A DNA stretch of 32,000 bases from NCBI RefSeq assembly GCF_000253055.1, contig NC_016070.1:690001-722000 (forward strand), read 5' to 3'. Origin of the DNA: Thermoproteus tenax Kra 1. Its GTDB lineage: Archaea; Thermoproteota; Thermoprotei; Thermoproteales; Thermoproteaceae. The position numbers and the translations under genes were made by a program. Position 1 is the stretch's first letter, and the number at the start of each line of letters is the position of its first letter. Positions 15,982 through 24,982 of this stretch are shown in pieces. The notes under the pieces are model-generated. The model was not told the origin of the DNA. It worked only from the letters and a program-made list of their open reading frames with translations, and made no database searches.

Positions 15982-16155
15982 AATTAATTTAAATATATAA
16001 AAATTAACTTAAAGATAATCTATTACTATCGATAACACGGGAGGAGCTTGCTCCCACGGCTTGACTCCTCGGAAGAGCCAAGCGAGGAGCCCTAGTCTCC
16101 AAGCCAGAGATCTCGCGCGAGCGAGAAGTATTTAAGCTTAGGCGAAGAGGGCGCC

Positions 16156-16464
16156 GTGAGCATATATGTGGCGTCAAGCGGTAAAACAACCCTAGAGTGT
16201 GACATGGCCTATAGCAACTTCAGCGAGGGTGGGCGCCACTACGTTCCGTGCATCATAAGAGGTCCTGTGGATCTTGGCTGTCTGGCGAGAAGCTTGGGCA
16301 TAATTGAGGGCGACTGTATAAGTACAGAGATATACAAGATATGTCGTGAGGGGGATCACCTCTATATGACTATAGATGTAGAGAAGGCGTTCTCCTTAGG
16401 CAAGACGCCCGGAGAAATTGCTAAGTACATTTTAATAATTTCTGATATTTGTTCAAATAAATAA
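16156..16464 (+). CDS. Hypothetical Cys-rich small protein (102 aa)
   Basis: The GTG start lies about 22 nt downstream of the TATA-like agtatttaagc (16127-16137). No family recognised. Confidence 0.45.
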   Translation: MSIYVASSGKTTLECDMAYSNFSEGGRHYVPCIIRGPVDLGCLARSLGIIEGDCISTEIYKICREGDHLYMTIDVEKAFSLGKTPGEIAKYILIISDICSNK

Positions 16465-16568
16465 ATCTATTTATTAAAAATATTATTAAATTTATAGTAA
16501 TAATAATTATATTTAAAGAGATATATAATGTCGTAAGAAGCCATGAGGCGAATTCTAAAAACTAAATA

Positions 16569-16584
16569 AATCCTAGGTAGGATT
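16569..16584. promoter_or_regulatory. Palindrome AATCCTA-GG-TAGGATT between the TATA box and the SBDS start codon
   Basis: The 7-bp arms are exact reverse complements. It sits between the AT-rich box (about 16553-16570) and the ATG at 16590, an operator-like position. Confidence 0.3.
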
Positions 16585-16589
16585 AAGCC

Positions 16590-17288
16590 ATGACTAATAA
16601 AGTCGCTATCGCAAAGCTTGATCGAGGCGGTGAACACTTCGAGATATTGATAGATCCTGATGCAGCGTTAGAACTGAAGACCGGCAAGAGCATAGGCTTA
16701 GATAAGGTATTGGTACACGAGGAAATATACAAGGATGCGCGGAAAGGGCTAAGAGCATCGGAGCAGAGCTTGAAGAAAGTATTCGGGACCACCGATGTGC
16801 GCAAGATAGCTGAGATAATAATTAAGGAGGGCGAGATACCGATAACGGCCGAGCAAAGGCGCAGAATGATAGAGGAGAAGCGCAAACAGATAGTCGAATG
16901 GATCTCAAGGAACTGTATAGATGTGCGCACCAAAACGCCCGTGCCTCCGCAACGCGTTGAGAACGCATTGGAGCAGGTGCGCGCCGCCATAGATCCTTTC
17001 AAGCCCGTTGAGGAGCAGATACAGCATATACTCAAAGATCTACAGAGGGTGCTCCCGATAAAGGTCGCCACAGTGAGAATTGCCTTGAGCATACCTGCGG
17101 CGTATGTGCAGAAGGTGAGAGGCCTCATGAGCAAATCCGCCAAAGTGGTCAACGAGAGGTTTAGGTCTGACGGATCTTGGGAGGCCACCGTAGAGGCGCC
17201 GGCCGGTCTACAAGATATGTTGATAGGAAGAGTCAACGATATAACGCACGGAGAAGGCGACGTAAAAATACTAGAGATTATATATTAA
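16590..17288 (+). CDS. sdo1: SBDS-family ribosome maturation protein (COG1500)
   Basis: 232 aa. The N-terminus, AIAKLDRGGEHFEILIDPD, is typical of archaeal SBDS, and it occupies the conserved position before rrp4. Confidence 0.9.
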   Translation: MTNKVAIAKLDRGGEHFEILIDPDAALELKTGKSIGLDKVLVHEEIYKDARKGLRASEQSLKKVFGTTDVRKIAEIIIKEGEIPITAEQRRRMIEEKRKQIVEWISRNCIDVRTKTPVPPQRVENALEQVRAAIDPFKPVEEQIQHILKDLQRVLPIKVATVRIALSIPAAYVQKVRGLMSKSAKVVNERFRSDGSWEATVEAPAGLQDMLIGRVNDITHGEGDVKILEIIY

Positions 17289-17999
17289 ATGAAATTCGTA
17301 GCGCCTAGACAAATAATATTTCCTGGAGATCTAGTAGCCTCAGAGGACGAGAACGTCGAGGGCGCTGTATATCTAGACAACGGCAAATACAGAGCATCTT
17401 CAGTTGGGCTGGTGGAGTTCAGAGAGAATAAGATAGTCATAGTGCCTCTGGAGGGCGTATATAGGCCTAAACAAGGCGACATCGTTATAGGCTATATTAC
17501 GGACGTCTTGGCATCGGGCTGGGAGGTCGACATAAGAGCGCCCTTCCCTGCGTGGCTCCCGCTCAATGAGGCAGTCACTAAATATATAGACTTGGAGCGC
17601 ATCGCGTTGACGAGCCTGTTGAACATCGGCGATGTAGTGATAGCGCAAGTTAAGGACATAGACCTAACCGACGAATATCCGGTGACATTGACTCTGAGAG
17701 AGGGCGAGAGGCTGGGCAAGATAGAGAGCGGATTCATCGCAGAGATATCGCCGGTCAAAGTGCCCAGAGTAATAGGCAAAAAGGGTAGCATGTTGGCCAC
17801 GATCTCGGAGCTCGGATGCGAGCTCACGATAGGCCAGAACGGGAGAATCTGGGCAAAATGCCGCGACACTGAGGCAGAGCTGGCCCTATTGAAGGTGCTA
17901 GCTAAGATCGAGAGAGAAAGCCATGTGGCGGGATTGACCGACAGAGTTAAGGCCTTTATTGAAAGCCTTAAAAATAGCTCAAAGGGAGGCTCACTATGA
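17289..17999 (+). CDS. rrp4: Exosome complex RNA-binding subunit Rrp4 (S1 + KH)
   Basis: S1 region [15 protein letters not shown] and a KH GxxG loop (IGKKGSM). The ATG directly abuts the SBDS stop. Confidence 0.9.
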   Translation: MKFVAPRQIIFPGDLVASEDENVEGAVYLDNGKYRASSVGLVEFRENKIVIVPLEGVYRPKQGDIVIGYITDVLASGWEVDIRAPFPAWLPLNEAVTKYIDLERIALTSLLNIGDVVIAQVKDIDLTDEYPVTLTLREGERLGKIESGFIAEISPVKVPRVIGKKGSMLATISELGCELTIGQNGRIWAKCRDTEAELALLKVLAKIERESHVAGLTDRVKAFIESLKNSSKGGSL

Positions 18000-18733
18000 A
18001 GCAATCCCCCGTGCCTTTACTTGTGGAGGGCAAGAGGGCCGACGGCAGAGCCCCTGATCAGATGCGAGAGGTAAATATAGCTGTCGGCGTAATCTCGAAC
18101 GCCGACGGATCAGCCATGGTCTCATACGGCAACACTGTGGCTGTAGCGGCCGTGTACGGCCCAAGGGAGATGCATCCGCGCCATCTAAGCCTACCCGATA
18201 AGGCCGTGATGCGCGTAAGGTACCACATGGCGCCGTTCAGCACAAAGGATGAGAGAAAGAACCCAGCGCCATCCCGCCGCGAGATAGAGATATCTAAGGT
18301 GCTCAGAGAAGCGCTCGAGCCCGCTATATTTCTTGAGCAGTTTCCGCGCTCCCGCATAGACGTATTCATTGAGATTCTGCAGGCCGACGGCTCAACAAGG
18401 GTGGCGTCGCTGACGGCAGCCTCTCTAGCTTTGGCCGACGCAGGGATCCCCATGAGGGACTTGGTCATAGGCGTTTCAGTGGGTCTCGTCAACGGCGTTG
18501 TTGTGTTGGACTTAAACGGCCTAGAGGACAACTACGGCGAGGGAGACATGCCTGTCGGATATATGCCCAACTTGAGGAGGATATCCCTTTTACAGCTCGA
18601 CGGAGCGTGGACTAGGGAGAGGTTCACAGAGGCATTGCGGCTAGCCATAAAAGGCGCCGAGTATGTGTACAGCAAGGCGCGCGAGGCGCTTAAATCGAAA
18701 TACTTCGAAATAGCTGAGGAAGTTGCCAAATAA
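17996..18733 (+). CDS. rrp41: Exosome complex exonuclease Rrp41 (RNase PH)
   Basis: [13 protein letters not shown], an RNase PH fold, and an ATGA overlap with rrp4. Confidence 0.93.
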   Translation: MKQSPVPLLVEGKRADGRAPDQMREVNIAVGVISNADGSAMVSYGNTVAVAAVYGPREMHPRHLSLPDKAVMRVRYHMAPFSTKDERKNPAPSRREIEISKVLREALEPAIFLEQFPRSRIDVFIEILQADGSTRVASLTAASLALADAGIPMRDLVIGVSVGLVNGVVVLDLNGLEDNYGEGDMPVGYMPNLRRISLLQLDGAWTRERFTEALRLAIKGAEYVYSKAREALKSKYFEIAEEVAK

Positions 18734-19557
18734 TGGCCTCCATAAGCCCCTACGGAAAACGCTTTATCTCATATCTAAGGCGGGGACAGATTAGGAGGTT
18801 GATCTCATCTGGTAATAGGCTGGACGGTAGACCGCTTGATCAATATAGAGATATCACAATAAGAACCAACGTGACAAATACAGCCGACGGCTCCGCCGAA
18901 GTGCTCTTGGGCAGGACGAGGGTTGTGGCCGGCGTTAAGATAGGTCTCGGCAATCCATTCCCAGACGCGCCCGACGAGGGCGTCCTTGTGGTCAACGCAG
19001 AGGTCCTCCCGCACGCATCCCCCTATAGCGAGGTGGGCCCCCCAGACGAGACGGCGATAGAGCTAGCGAGGGTGGTCGATAGAGGCTTGCGCCACAGCGG
19101 TTTCATAGACTTCAAGAGATTGGCCATAGATCAGTCTAAGGTCTATGTGGTTTGGCTAGACCTGTACGTCCTCAACGATGACGGCAACCTTGTGGACGCC
19201 TCCAACTTGGCGGCTGTTGCAGCGCTTAGGAGCACCATGTTGCCCACCGTCGTCAAGGACGAGGCGGGAGCCTACAAGTTGGACAAGAACAACAGAACTG
19301 CTATGCCCTCAGATTTATCCAAGGCGCCCATCTCCGTATCTCTCGGCAAAATAGACACGCGTATAATCGTGGATCCAATACTAGAGGAGGAGCTCTCGTT
19401 GGACAGCCGCATCACTATAACTATATCCCAAGACAATATAGTCTCAATACAAAAAACAATAGGATATTTCAGCGAACAAGAATTGGAACAAGCTATAGAA
19501 TTATCATATAAATCTAAAGAATTTTTGAAACAAATATTATTAAAATATTTAGTATAG
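18733..19557 (+). CDS. rrp42: Exosome complex subunit Rrp42 (inactive RNase PH)
   Basis: RLDGRPLDQYRDI, 274 aa, and a TAATG overlap with rrp41. Confidence 0.9.
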   Translation: MASISPYGKRFISYLRRGQIRRLISSGNRLDGRPLDQYRDITIRTNVTNTADGSAEVLLGRTRVVAGVKIGLGNPFPDAPDEGVLVVNAEVLPHASPYSEVGPPDETAIELARVVDRGLRHSGFIDFKRLAIDQSKVYVVWLDLYVLNDDGNLVDASNLAAVAALRSTMLPTVVKDEAGAYKLDKNNRTAMPSDLSKAPISVSLGKIDTRIIVDPILEEELSLDSRITITISQDNIVSIQKTIGYFSEQELEQAIELSYKSKEFLKQILLKYLV

Positions 19558-19630
19558 TAAATTGAGGCGGCGCCGCGAAGAGAGCATGAGGACGTAGAAA
19601 ACGTTTAAATAAACTCTCCATTGAAGGCCC

Positions 19631-19948
19631 ATGCCTTACAGCCACACTAAAGTAGTAGGGCCGGCCGGAAGATACGGCACACGTTATGGCATGGGCTTGA
19701 GGAGGAAAGTTATAACGATAGAGACGAAGCAGAGAGGGATCCACCGCTGTCCCAACTGCAGATCGCTCGTCAGATTGAAGAGGCTTGCGTTCGGCATATG
19801 GCAATGCCCGAAGTGCGGCTTCACCTTCGCAGGAGGCGCTTGGACTCCACAGACTATTCTAGGGCGGACTCTAACGCCGGAGGAGCTAAAACAAGTCGAG
19901 GCCCAGAAGGCTAAGTGGAGGGGAGTATCTCAAACTCCGAGTGAATAG
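19631..19948 (+). CDS. rpl37ae: 50S ribosomal protein L37Ae (eL43)
   Basis: GRYGTRYG...CPNC...WQCPKCGFTFAGGAW zinc ribbon. The TATA-like cgtttaaataaac lies about 22 nt upstream. Confidence 0.9.
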   Translation: MPYSHTKVVGPAGRYGTRYGMGLRRKVITIETKQRGIHRCPNCRSLVRLKRLAFGIWQCPKCGFTFAGGAWTPQTILGRTLTPEELKQVEAQKAKWRGVSQTPSE

Positions 19949-20504
19949 GGTATTGGCCACCTCGTCTCGATACTACTCCAAGAGGGTATCCCAAGTGCTC
20001 AACGAGCTCTCCACGGCACTCCCCGGCGTTGAAAAGGTAGTTAGAGGAAAACAATCCTACAAGGACTTACTGGAGGAGGCAATCCTCAGAGGCGCCCGCT
20101 ACATCCTCTTGGTGTTCTCGAGGCACGGCAACCCATCAGCTCTGCGGGTTATAGACGTGGAAAGGAGGGCTTGGTTTCCTTACGAGTTGGCGATCTCGGG
20201 CGTTAAGACTAGGGAGGATATGCCGGCCTTCGTGCTCAGAAAGCCGAGGGCCGCGAGCGCTGCGATAGTAGATTATACAGCCAGCGAGTTGCCCGATATT
20301 TTGATGACTATATTCGGATATCCGCTCTTGTTCTCTGCAGAATTGGATAAGATAAAAGGACGATATGACACCATAGTGTTAGTGAGAGGCTCGCCCGGAA
20401 GGTACATAATTGAGCTGATAGACGGATCGGATCTCGGCCCCCGCGGCTTGATCCTTAAAATCAAGGCGATCAAGTTGATCAGAAATGCTCAAAATATCGT
20501 TTGA
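19941..20504 (+). CDS. Brix-domain (Imp4/Rpf1-like) ribosome biogenesis protein
   Basis: VLATSSRYYSKRVSQVLNEL...RGKQSYKDLLEEA matches the archaeal Brix N-terminus. GTG start with an 8-nt overlap with L37Ae, in the conserved superoperon position. Confidence 0.75.
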   Translation: MNRVLATSSRYYSKRVSQVLNELSTALPGVEKVVRGKQSYKDLLEEAILRGARYILLVFSRHGNPSALRVIDVERRAWFPYELAISGVKTREDMPAFVLRKPRAASAAIVDYTASELPDILMTIFGYPLLFSAELDKIKGRYDTIVLVRGSPGRYIIELIDGSDLGPRGLILKIKAIKLIRNAQNIV

Positions 20505-20709
20505 AATAGAAAGGCGTGAGGTAGCAGAGGCCGTGTTCAAAACGCTGGAGAGAGAGGTGGTCTTCCCGCGCGGGAGGATAAAGGTCTTGGCCGACGGCGA
20601 TAGGCTCAAGATCGTCGCCTTTGCGTCTGATATCTCAAGCGCAAGGAGTTTATCCAACACAATATTACGGGCGTTGTACATAATCAGAGGAGTCGAGGAG
20701 CTCCCGTAG
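20485..20709 (+). CDS. pcc1: KEOPS subunit Pcc1-like protein
   Basis: 74 aa. The layout ...AEAVFKTLERE...LKIVAFASDISSARSLSNTILRAL resembles the Pcc1/CTAG family. It overlaps the Brix gene by 20 nt. Confidence 0.6.
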   Translation: MLKISFEIERREVAEAVFKTLEREVVFPRGRIKVLADGDRLKIVAFASDISSARSLSNTILRALYIIRGVEELP

Positions 20710-20777
20710 CGAGCCTAACGCGACCTCATAGCGACAGAGGGCGTAAGTATATTTATACTTCTACTTCCAACCGTCCT

Positions 20778-21173
20778 ATGGCTCAACTTCCACCGTCTTT
20801 GCAAGACCTAGTTAACAGATTCCAACAAGCACAAAATCAGCTTCAGAGCGTGTTGTTACGCAAACAGCAGTACGAGGCGGAGCTCCGCGATGTGGAGAAG
20901 GCTCTAGGCGAGATCGAGAAGTTGCCGCAAGATGCAAAGATCTATAAATCTGTGGGAAGCTTCCTTCTCCAGACCAACAAAGACGCAGCAGTACAAGAGC
21001 TTAAGGAGAGGAAAGAGCTTCTGGAGCTCCATATAAAAACTCTATCGAGACAAGAGTCGATGTTGAGGGAACAGTTGGATAAGTTGAGGGACGATATCAA
21101 CAAGGAGTTGGCCAAGGCTAAGGGCGCTGGCGGAGCTCAACAAACTGGCGGAGTAGCCAAGGGAGGAGGCTAG
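20778..21173 (+). CDS. pfdB: Prefoldin subunit beta
   Basis: Coiled-coil LQDLVNRFQQAQNQLQSV...YKSVGSFLLQ hairpin...LEL..., with a Gly-rich tail. The TATA-like aagtatatttatac lies upstream. Confidence 0.88.
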   Translation: MAQLPPSLQDLVNRFQQAQNQLQSVLLRKQQYEAELRDVEKALGEIEKLPQDAKIYKSVGSFLLQTNKDAAVQELKERKELLELHIKTLSRQESMLREQLDKLRDDINKELAKAKGAGGAQQTGGVAKGGG

Positions 21174-21190
21174 GCTCTCCTGACCTGCGT

Positions 21191-21565
21191 GTGGGCGGGG
21201 ACGGAGAAAGGTATCAAGATATACAACAAGGAAATTTAGATAATAATCTAAAAATTGCAGAAATAATATCACAAGTAGTATATAATTATATAGCGAAAAA
21301 ACTTGGAGAATATTTATATGAGGTTGATATCGACGTGAGCTTTACTGGCGATAGCGTCAGCGTAGAGGTTGAGGCAGAGGGTAGCCCGATCATAGATCAG
21401 AGCCTGTTGGACGCCACTATAGATGAGGCCACAAAGTTGGGGATAATAGTAGCGGATATGGCTAAGGAAGGGTTAATAAAACCCGACGAGGATAAGGTGA
21501 GTGTACTTAGAAAAGCTCTTAGGCGCCTTAGGGAACTATCGAAAAATAGCGTTGGTGACGCATAG
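21191..21565 (+). CDS. Small acidic hypothetical protein (position of the DUF3194-type ORF in exosome superoperons, from memory and unverified)
   Basis: 124 aa, with a GTG start 18 nt after the pfdB stop and an AT-rich 5' part. Confidence 0.5.
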   Translation: MGGDGERYQDIQQGNLDNNLKIAEIISQVVYNYIAKKLGEYLYEVDIDVSFTGDSVSVEVEAEGSPIIDQSLLDATIDEATKLGIIVADMAKEGLIKPDEDKVSVLRKALRRLRELSKNSVGDA

Positions 21566-22397
21566 ACATGCTGATGCAGACGCCGTGGGCTGCGCAAGCG
21601 TTATCAAGGAGGTACTTGAGAGCAGAGGCTATAGCGCATTGATAGTCTGTCCAGAGGGCGTATCCAAGGAGGCCAGGCCCCTTATTCAATGCCAACGGGC
21701 ACTGCCTGACGATATCGATGCGGTAGTCCTCGTCGACGTGGCCTCGTTGGCTCAAGTGCCTGAGATCAAGAAACCCCTAGTGATCCTGGATCACCATAAG
21801 GTGGGAGACCAGTTGCCTGGTCTAAGGCTAGAGAGACCTAGTTGTAGCGAGCTCGCGTTAGAGATAGCGCTCGAGGCAGGCGTCAAGCCCTCTAGAGACG
21901 CGTTGATAGCAGCGGCCTTGGGGATATATGAAGACACGGGCGGCCTGCTCAGAGCCGACGAGAGGACCTTTGAACTGCTCAAATACGCCGTATCGGAGGT
22001 AGGCCCCTTGGAGAGGTATCTCAGACGGGAGGAGGACGCCTCGCTCAAGATGGCGAAGCTGAAGGGGCTTCTGAGAACCTCGGCGTATAGAACGAGCAGA
22101 GGTATCCTGTGTATAACGAACGTGGGCGCACATGAGGGCGCTGTGGCGGAGCTCCTAATTTCGGCAGGTTGTGACATAGCTATAGTTATATCGAAGCGTA
22201 AGGATGAGGTCCGTATTTTCCTTAGGTCTGGTTCTATCGATGTCGCAGACCTTGCCGCTAAGATAGCGTCAAGACTGGGAGGCAGGGGCGGCGGCCATAT
22301 GGGCGCCTCGGCGATAGTGCTGAGGGAGGGAGATCCGCAGGAGATCGCCAGGCATATTCTGACCTATATAGACCCTAAAGCGAGTGCGCTCAGCTGA
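21501..22397 (+). CDS. DHH/DHHA1 family phosphoesterase (NrnA / RecJ-like)
   Basis: Motifs HRHADADAVGCA, DHH (LDHHKVGD) and GGGH (GGRGGGHMGASA). GTG start overlapping the upstream ORF by 65 nt. Confidence 0.85.
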   Translation: MYLEKLLGALGNYRKIALVTHRHADADAVGCASVIKEVLESRGYSALIVCPEGVSKEARPLIQCQRALPDDIDAVVLVDVASLAQVPEIKKPLVILDHHKVGDQLPGLRLERPSCSELALEIALEAGVKPSRDALIAAALGIYEDTGGLLRADERTFELLKYAVSEVGPLERYLRREEDASLKMAKLKGLLRTSAYRTSRGILCITNVGAHEGAVAELLISAGCDIAIVISKRKDEVRIFLRSGSIDVADLAAKIASRLGGRGGGHMGASAIVLREGDPQEIARHILTYIDPKASALS

Positions 22398-22935
22398 GTA
22401 TTTCTACGCGCCGGATCCTCAGGCCGCACAGAGGACAACCCATTACGATGTGGTTGACTCTGCCCCGATATTTAGTCGAGAAGAGGCTCTCGCTTGCGTA
22501 AACCCTAAGAGGCCCTCTGGCACAATTCGGGCATACGTCCTCACCGTCGCGCCCAAGCCCCATCTTAAACGGCTTGTAGACCATGGCGTGGCCCACGGCC
22601 TCCTCGAGACCCTCGTCTAAGTCTGCAGAGCTCACTCCGATGAGCTTAACGCCGAGGTCTCTGCCGTACCATCTATGTATTCTATCTATGACGCTCTGCA
22701 GCTCGTCTATTATTAGATAGGGTCTGTATGCAACGACGATAAGCACGTCCGAGGAATCCAGCTTTATCTGGTGGGCAAGCTCCAACGGGTCCACGTCAAA
22801 TATATAATCTCTCTCGGGGCACCAAAATGAGATATAGAGGTTGCCCAAAGCGACGTAGAGCAGCGAGGGTTTTGTCTCAATTACCTTAAACCCTCTCTCA
22901 ACTACGTACTCTCCCACTTTCTCACACTCTCTCAC
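22390..22935 (-). CDS. Hypothetical protein with a C-terminal CxxC...CxxC zinc ribbon
   Basis: 181 aa with CPNC...CPLCG. The GTG start lies about 23 nt downstream of the TATA-like ttttaataa (reverse complement of 22954-22962). No family recognised. Confidence 0.6.
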   Translation of the reverse strand: MRECEKVGEYVVERGFKVIETKPSLLYVALGNLYISFWCPERDYIFDVDPLELAHQIKLDSSDVLIVVAYRPYLIIDELQSVIDRIHRWYGRDLGVKLIGVSSADLDEGLEEAVGHAMVYKPFKMGLGRDGEDVCPNCARGPLRVYASESLFSTKYRGRVNHIVMGCPLCGLRIRRVEILS

Positions 22936-22976
22936 AACCTTTATTTAGCGGGCTTATTAAAACCGTGCGCTGTCCT

Positions 22977-23126
22977 ATGTACAGGCCCACGGCCGATGGA
23001 CTGAGGTGTATTCTGATGCCGCCGGAAGAGTGGCGTATTAGCAGGGCCCAATATGAGAAGTACTGCAACAACGGAGGGTCCGGCTGTCCTATCTATGCCC
23101 GCTATCTGTCGTCGAGAGGAGGCTAG
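22977..23126 (+). CDS. Candidate unannotated Cys-containing micro-ORF (49 aa, or 53 aa from the GTG at 22965)
   Basis: MYRPTADGLRCILMPPEEWRISRAQYEKYCNNGGSGCPIYARYLSSRGG, translated by hand. It falls below the ORF-track cutoff. AT-rich boxes lie just upstream, and its TAG overlaps the XPB TAG in CTAG. Confidence 0.2.
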   Translation: MYRPTADGLRCILMPPEEWRISRAQYEKYCNNGGSGCPIYARYLSSRGG

Positions 23127-24469
23127 GCCTTAAGACCTCTGCGCCTTCTCCTCGACATATCGACCTCCCGAGTTCTAGCGCTGATTACTTCATATATTTT
23201 GGCCGTATATGGCTTTAACCTCAGCGCCCTGCCTATTCGCTGAATGTACTGCCGGCTCGACGAAGTTCCGCCCAAAATGATGACTACGTCTACGTCGGGC
23301 ACGTCTATGCCCTCATCGAGAACCTTGCCAGTGACTACAGCCTTTATCTCGCCTCTTCTAAACATATCGATTATGATATCGCGCTCCTGCTGTGGGATGT
23401 CGTAGGTGACCTCGGGGATTAAGTAGCGCTGTGAGATCGCCCTAGCTAACGCCGTATATTCGGTGAATATGAGGACTTTGCTATTGGGGTGGGCCTTGAG
23501 CAGATCAGCTACTACGTCGACTTTGCTTCTGCTTTCAAACAAGATCCTCCTCATCTCGTGCCAAGCCTCTAGAGCTTGTCTGGCGCCTCTATCGCGCCCC
23601 GCCAATATAACCAACTTGTGGAAATCCGTCGGAGATCTGAACCTCAAGCCCTTGGCCTTGAGATACCCTTTATAGATCTTCTCAAGCTCCCTGTATTTGG
23701 CCTCCTCCTCATCCGTCAAGCCCACCTTTATTATCTCTACATCGTAATCCGCCAAGTATTTGCCTGAGGCCTCCGATAGAGACATTCTGTATACTACAGG
23801 CCCTACTAGCTCGGGTAAAAGCAGATGTAGCTCATCGGATCTCTCAGGCGTCGCCGTCAGCCCGAGCCTGTACGGAGCAGGCGAGAGCTCCGCTATCTGC
23901 CTGTAAGCCTCGGAGGGCAGATGGTGAACTTCGTCGAAGATAAGCAAGGGGAATTTATTTCCTAAGCTCTCGATGGAGAGATACGCTGAATCGTACGTAG
24001 TGACGGTAATACAACGCTCCCTCTTCTCCTCGCCGTACCATACGCCGACTCTGCCCGGGAAAAACTCGCCCAATCTTCTCTCCCACTGTTTGAGGAGGTC
24101 TATGGTGGGCACCACCACCAATGTGGAAACGCTGAGTTCAGCGATAGCCCCGATGGCGACGTAGGTCTTTCCGGCGCCTGTCGGCATGGTTATCACGCCC
24201 CTTTTGTGTCTCAGCCAGCTCTTCAAAGCCTCTTCTTGGTATGGCCTCAGAGAGGGCCTCTTGGCAGACTCTACTGACGTACAAAGGGGCGCCATAACTA
24301 GATCCTCATAGCGAGCTCCCAGAGAGTCCAAGATTGTCTTGATCCTATAATAGTACATAGCGAGCGATCTGTATTTTCCAACTCTCTTGTCATATTTAAC
24401 GAAGGAGAGCTCTCTGATCTGTGGCGGCACATCGCCCGACAGAATGAGAGTACCCCTATCCCACATCAT
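23123..24469 (-). CDS. xpb: XPB/Rad25-type SF2 DNA helicase
   Basis: MMWDRGTLILSG damage-recognition-like N-terminus, MPTGAGKT, DEVHH, TATPERSDE (RED-like motif) and QRIGRALR. I prefer the ATG at 24469, because the longer ORF-track start would run through the shared promoter. Confidence 0.9.
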   Translation of the reverse strand: MMWDRGTLILSGDVPPQIRELSFVKYDKRVGKYRSLAMYYYRIKTILDSLGARYEDLVMAPLCTSVESAKRPSLRPYQEEALKSWLRHKRGVITMPTGAGKTYVAIGAIAELSVSTLVVVPTIDLLKQWERRLGEFFPGRVGVWYGEEKRERCITVTTYDSAYLSIESLGNKFPLLIFDEVHHLPSEAYRQIAELSPAPYRLGLTATPERSDELHLLLPELVGPVVYRMSLSEASGKYLADYDVEIIKVGLTDEEEAKYRELEKIYKGYLKAKGLRFRSPTDFHKLVILAGRDRGARQALEAWHEMRRILFESRSKVDVVADLLKAHPNSKVLIFTEYTALARAISQRYLIPEVTYDIPQQERDIIIDMFRRGEIKAVVTGKVLDEGIDVPDVDVVIILGGTSSSRQYIQRIGRALRLKPYTAKIYEVISARTREVDMSRRRRRGLKA

Positions 24470-24500
24470 TGTGACTGTCACACAGATAATCTCAGCCGAA

Positions 24501-24517
24501 AGTAAATAAATTATAGA
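24501..24517. promoter_or_regulatory. Shared AT-rich TATA region between XPB and the PPAT gene
   Basis: agtaaataaattataga lies about 15-25 nt upstream of the PPAT GTG (24530) and, on the other strand, about 30-45 nt upstream of the XPB ATG (24469). Confidence 0.4.
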
Positions 24518-24529
24518 GGGCATAGGCTT

Positions 24530-24982
24530 GTGAGGCTTCAGTATAGACATGTAGTTCTGGGAGGCACCTTCGACACGCTCCATTCGGGCCATGTAAAATT
24601 GTTAGCTACGGCGTCCCTAATAGGCGAGAACATACTCATAGGCTTAACAAGCGACGCCTTTGCGTCAACTTACAAACAGTATAACGTCAAGCCGTTCACT
24701 ATAAGGTTGGCCAACTTGAAGTCGTTGATGAGCCTGATAGCGCCTGAAAGGAAGATAGAAATAACGGCTATAAATGATCCCTATGGTCCGGCCATCTCAA
24801 GACCCGAGCTTGAGGCTCTCGTAGTCAGCAGAGAGACATTGGGGCGAGGCCTTGAGATAAACGACGAGAGAATACGACGCGGTCTCCGGCCTATGGATTT
24901 AGTCATGATATCTACAGTGAGGGACGGCCTGGGCAATATTCTATCATCTACATTCATAAGGCGTCTTCTGAACATCAAATGA
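24530..24982 (+). CDS. coaD: Phosphopantetheine adenylyltransferase (archaeal cytidylyltransferase-fold PPAT)
   Basis: VVLGGTFDTLHSGH nucleotidyltransferase signature, ...ISST..R near the C-terminus, and 150 aa. Confidence 0.8.
   Translation: MRLQYRHVVLGGTFDTLHSGHVKLLATASLIGENILIGLTSDAFASTYKQYNVKPFTIRLANLKSLMSLIAPERKIEITAINDPYGPAISRPELEALVVSRETLGRGLEINDERIRRGLRPMDLVMISTVRDGLGNILSSTFIRRLLNIK

Noticed and set aside
24726-24747. C/D-box sRNA half-motif, TGATGA-12 nt-CTGA, inside the PPAT gene.
   Set aside because: No C' box lies within about 10 nt. The nearest ATGATC is about 26 nt away, and there is no terminal D box or terminal stem, so it is most likely chance within coding sequence.
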